64,000 nt of DNA from Macrostomum lignano (taxonomy: Eukaryota): assembly GCA_002269645.1 (NCBI GenBank), contig NIVC01001499.1, forward strand, positions 186,001 to 250,000, in the 5' to 3' direction. Under the pieces are notes generated by a model. The model was not told the origin of the DNA. It saw nothing but the letters and a program-made list of their open reading frames with translations, and did no database searches. Of the stretch, positions 59,501-64,000 are shown piece by piece. Position 1 is the first letter of the stretch. The number at the start of each line of letters is the position of its first letter. A program made the position numbers and the translations under genes.

Positions 59501-62500
59501 ATCGCCGCTAAACCCACCATGAGAATCGCCGCTAAACCCACCATGAGAATCGCCGCTAAACCCACCATGAGAATCGCCGCTAAACCCACCATGAGAATCG
59601 CCGCTAAACCCACCATGAGAATCGCCGCTAAACCCACCATGAGAATCGCCGCTAAACCCACCATGAGAATCGCCGCTAAACCCACTATGAGAATCGCCGC
59701 TAAACCCACCATGAGAATCGCCGCTAAACCCACCATGAGAATCGCCGCTAAACCCACCATGAGAATCGCCGCTAAACCCACCATGAGAATCGCCGCTAAA
59801 CCCACTATGAGAATCGCCGCTAAACCCACCATGAGAATCGCCGCTAAACCCACCATGAGAATCGCCGCTAAACCCACCATGAGAATCGCCGCTAAACCCA
59901 CCATGAGAATCGCCGCTAAACCCACCATGAGAATCGCCGCTAAACCCACCATGAGAATCGCCGCTAAACCCACCGTGAGAATCGCCCCTAAACCCACCAT
60001 GAGAAGCTGACTCTGAACTACAGAAAGTCTGTCTTGAACAAATGCACAATTAAATAATTGATTAATCATTTTTCAGGGCTTCATATCGTCAAACGAGATG
60101 CCCAGGCTGTATCATTTGCTTGCGAAACGAGAATCGCCAGTCTCATTTCACGGCTTTTTAGTGAACCAGACTGAGTTTAAAAATCCAGGCGCCACAACAA
60201 CGCTTTGCAAGAGGTTGGGCATTGATGAGAAGCCGCTGACGAGCTTGCTGCACTGCGTTAATAAGTGAGAGCGCCTACATGTAATGAGACCCGCGTGTTG
60301 CTTTGTCAACTTGAGAAGGTGTCTTTGTCATTATCAGCTGCTGAGGGCTAGTCTCCCAGATCCTCATCTTCTGGAGACCAGACTCACCAGATCCTCATCT
60401 TCTGGAGGCCAGACTCACCAGATCCTTATCTTCTGGAGGCCAGCCTCCCTGATCCTCATCTTCTGGGAGCCAGACTTACCAGATCTTCTGATGGCCAGCC
60501 TCCCAGAGTGTCAGTTGCTGGGTCAGCCTCCCAGAGTGTCAGTTGCTGGGCCAGCCTCCCAGAGTGTCAGTTGCTGGGCCAGCCTCCCAGAGTGTCAGTT
60601 GCTGGGCCAGCCTCCCAGAGTGTCAGTTGCTGGGCCAGCCTCCCAGAGTGTCAGTTGCTGGGCCAGCCTCCCAGAGTGTCAGTTGCTGGGTCAGCCTCCC
60701 AGAGTGTCAGTTGCTGTGCCAGTTTCCCAGATCCTCAGTTGCTGGGCTAGCCTCCCAAATCCTCAGTTGCTGAGCCAGCCTCCCAAATCCTCAGTTGCTG
60801 AGCCAGCCTCCCAGATCCTCATCAGTTGCTGAGCCAGCCTCCCAGATCCTCATCAGTTGCTGAGCCAGCCTCCCAGATCCTCATCAGTTGCTGGGCCAGC
60901 CTCCCAGAGTGTCAGTTGCTGGGCCAGCCTCCCAGATCCTCATCAGTTGCCGGGCCAGCCTCCCAAATCCTCAGTTGCTGAGCCAGCCTCCCAGATCCTC
61001 ATCAGTTGCTGAGCCAGCCTCCCAGATCCTCATCAGTTGCTGGGCCAGCCTCCAAGAGTGTCAGTTGCTGGGCCAGCCTCCAAGAGTGTCAGTTGCTGGG
61101 CCAGCCTCCAAGAGTGTCAGTTGCTGGGCCAGCCTCCAAGAGTGTCAGTTGCTGGGCCAGCCTCCCAGATCCTCATCAGTTGCTGGGCCAGCCTCCCAAA
61201 TCCTCAGTTGCTGAGCCAGCCTCCCAAATCCTCAGTTGCTGGGCCAGCCTCCCAGATCCTCAGTTGCTGGGCCAGCCTCCCAAATCCTCAGTTGCTGAGC
61301 CAGCCTCCCAGATCCTCAGTTGCTGGGCCAGCCTCCCAGATCTTCATGACTCAAATCCAAATTCAAGCCAAATCCAACCCCCGCAGCATGAAGGTTGATC
61401 CGGCGCACACTGCTAAAGAATTACGCGATGCCCAGAACAGGCGGTTGGCTTTGCGCGCTGTAGCCAAAGGTGTCGAGCATTTCCGAGCCGGCAATCAAAC
61501 TCTGGCTAGCCAGTGCTACGAAAGCGCATTGGCTATTGATCCTAGCAACGTTGAAGCTCTGGTTGCTAGAGGAGCATTGTAATTATAATTAATAATTAAT
61601 ATCTGTCTTATATAAAATTATGATCGTCCGTCATAATAAATGCTCATTACTGTTTTTATGCAGATTTGCTACAAACGGTTCGAGCGAGAAAGCCGTAGCC
61701 GATTTTGAAGCCGCCTTGGCGACAAAACCCTCGCACAAAAATGCGAGAATTTATCTGGCTAAGACTTTGTTTTCTTTAGCTGAAGTGTAAGTGAATTTTT
61801 CTTTTTTTTATAAATTTTAAGTATAAGTAGTATGTCGTGGTTTGAATTCCTAATTTGATTTAGTATCCATGGCTAAATGCTTATAGTCTATGTTCAGACT
61901 AAACTTGTCCATTAGTCATTGGTCTATGGTCTGAATCTAGTTGTCATGATTAGTTATCCATTAGTATATAGTCTGGTCAGTCCATAGACAATAGTCTGCA
62001 TGTCTATAGTCTATGGGTAGACTCTTAGTTTTCATGGCTACATGTGTATAGTCTATGGGTAGACTCTGCCATGGCTGCTTGTCTATAGTCTATGAGTAGA
62101 CTAATTGTCATGGCTAATTGTCTATAGTCTATGGTAGACTCTAATTGCCATGGCTACTTGTCTATAGTCTATGGGTAGACTAATTGTCATGGCTACTTGT
62201 CTATAGTCTATGGGTAGACTCTAATTCCCATGGCTACTTGTCTATAGCCTATGGGTAGACTAATTGTCATGGCTACTTGTCTATAGTCTATGGGTAGACT
62301 CTAATTGCCATGGCTACCTGTCTATAGTCTATGGGTAGACTCTAATTGCCATGGCTACTTGTCTATAGTCTATGGTTAGACTCTAATTGCCATGGCTACC
62401 TGTCTATAGTCTATGGGTAGACTCTAATTGCCATGGCTACTTGTCTATAGTCTATGGGTAGGCTCTAATTGTCATGGCTATTTGTCTATAGTCTATGGGT

Positions 62501-63557
62501 AGATTCTAATTGCCATGGCTACTTGTCTATAGTCTATGGGTAGGCTCTAATTGTCATGGCTATTTGTCTATAGTCTATGGTTAGACTCTAATTGCCATGG
62601 CTACCTGTCTATAGTCTATGGTAGACTCTAATTGCCATGGCTACTTGTCTATAGCCTATGGGTAGACTAATTGTCATGGCTACTTGTCTATAGTCTATGG
62701 GTAGGCTCTAATTGTCATGGCTATTTGTCTATAGTCTATGGGTAGGCTCTAATTGTCATGACTACTTGTCCATAGTTTTTAATAAGCCTATTCAAATTGC
62801 ATTAAACAGTCATGCTCAGAAAGGCAACACAAAATCGGCAATGCTATGCTGCATCCGAGCACTTCATCTGGATCCTAAACTTCAACAAGCCAGTCAGTTT
62901 CTCAAAGACGCTCGTGCTGTAAGTTAAATAAATTCAACTGTTAATGCTTTTACAATATTTTTTCTTACAAAACTTTGAATATTTACACATATTATTTTAG
63001 ACTAACTTTACCGAAGCTGAAATGCTTCAACTCTACTATCGTTCTCTAGTAGAAGCTAATGGCGACGAAGCTGTCTTATCTGAACGCTTGTTGGCCGTTT
63101 ATAAAGAATTTTCCGATTCGGCTGCTGAGGCTGAGTCTACCGATGCTGCTGCGACTGCTGCTGCGTCTGAGTCGGCTGGGCCTCATGCAGCCACTGTTAG
63201 CGAAAGGTAATAAAATGAAAAGTGGGACAGGCAGACAGACACTAAAACATTCGGACAGGCTGATATAACAGACAGATACAGAGACAGACTGACTGATACA
63301 AGCAGACGAAGTGATAGACAGACCCTAAGGCAGACAGACAGACACAGATTGACCCTAAGACAGACCCTAAGGCAGACAGACAGACACAGATTGACCCTAA
63401 GACAGACCCTAAGGCAGACAGACAGACACAGATTGACAGACAGATAGACAGACCCTAAGGCAGACAGACAGACACAGATTGACAGACAGATAGACAGACC
63501 CTAAGACAGACAGACACAGATTGACAGACAGACACTAAGACAGACAGACAGATAGCC

Positions 63558-63594
<37 letters not shown>

Positions 63595-64000
63595 TACTAA
63601 GACAGATAGACAGACATTAACACAGACAGACAAAGAGATAGACAGGTACTAAAACAGACAGTGATAGACAGACACTAAAACAGACGGACAGACAGATAGA
63701 CGAATATGATTGACAAGTACATGTAGATAGACGAATATGATTGACAAGTACATGTAGATGGACGCTGACTCTGATACGCTAAAATGCCTTCCCTTTTCCA
63801 GTTCCAGTCGGCGTCATAGTCACCCCGCCACCGCCGCTGATCCTGATAACAGTCAGCATGAAAGAATCGACGTCGAACGCAAACGTAACGTGTCGCACCG
63901 ATCCGACAGCCAGCATCGTCGGCGACAGGAGCGCAAACGACGCTCGTCGAGCTTGTCGCCTCCGCCGTCGCACCAGCAGCAGTCGGAGTCTTTGCTTCTA
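56505..64000 (+). CDS. TTC14: Tetratricopeptide repeat protein 14 (S1-like domain + TPR + Arg/Ser-rich tail), 3'-partial
   Basis: Exons 56505-56745, 56832-56963, 59020-59178, 60077-60264, 61387-61578, 61664-61786, 62810-62918, 63001-63206, 63802-64000, phases consistent. Motifs [14 protein letters not shown]...[13 protein letters not shown]...[27 protein letters not shown]...[10 protein letters not shown] match TTC14. Tentative first exon 56365-56411 (MNDLKPYTWLTIGNG, weak GTGTAC donor). Confidence 0.87.
57055..58920. repeat. ~23-bp minisatellite AAGAATCGCCATCAATCCACCCC with 46-bp dimer sub-array (TTC14 intron)
   Basis: Direct inspection. Confidence 0.93.
59285..60005. repeat. Near-perfect 24-bp minisatellite GAGAATCGCCGCTAAACCCACCAT (TTC14 intron)
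   Basis: Direct inspection; about 30 copies. Confidence 0.97.
60350..61345 (+). repeat. 28/31-bp minisatellite CAGTTGCTGGGCCAGCCTCCCAGAGTGT (TTC14 intron)
   Basis: Same unit as 40365-40955. Confidence 0.95.
61880..62770. repeat. 39/41-bp minisatellite GTCTATAGTCTATGGGTAGACTCTAATTGCCATGGCTACTT (TTC14 intron)
   Basis: Direct inspection. Confidence 0.93.
63225..63715. repeat. GACA-based compound repeat (TTC14 intron)
   Basis: Direct inspection. Confidence 0.85.

Noticed and set aside
59294-60069. MRIAAKPT / DSHGGFSG repeat proteins
   Set aside because: 24-bp intronic minisatellite between in-phase TTC14 exons 59178 and 60077.

Overview
Eukaryotic (invertebrate metazoan) genomic DNA, not prokaryotic; the organism cannot be fixed from the sequence. 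Six spliced genes can be assembled by hand with consistent GT-AG boundaries and exon phases: the 3' part of slit (+, 17 exons, 478-18532), a sphingolipid delta4-desaturase DEGS1/2 (-), PSMC3/Rpt5 (+, only the 3' three quarters found), CFAP418/C8orf37 (-), TOM1 (-) and TTC14 (+, runs off the window). CFAP418 and TOM1 each carry a 1-nt deletion in a short homopolymer, probably consensus error. Nearly every long intron is filled by its own micro- or minisatellite (units 4-46 bp), which accounts for most of the long ORFs in the ORF track. The TOM1/TTC14 divergent intergenic region (44-56 kb) is AT-rich and holds two Penelope-like retroelement remnants. One is a GIY-YIG fragment sitting in a (TC)n tract with an intact-looking minimal hammerhead ribozyme; the other is a 3' end with a 201-bp tandem duplication and a degenerate hammerhead. 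The same region holds a nest of non-autonomous TIR elements, several with 8-bp TSDs. A tRNA-derived CORE-like SINE lies in a slit intron. The 25-33 kb interval looks like an unidentified multi-exon gene, and the PSMC3 5' exons are missing from it.
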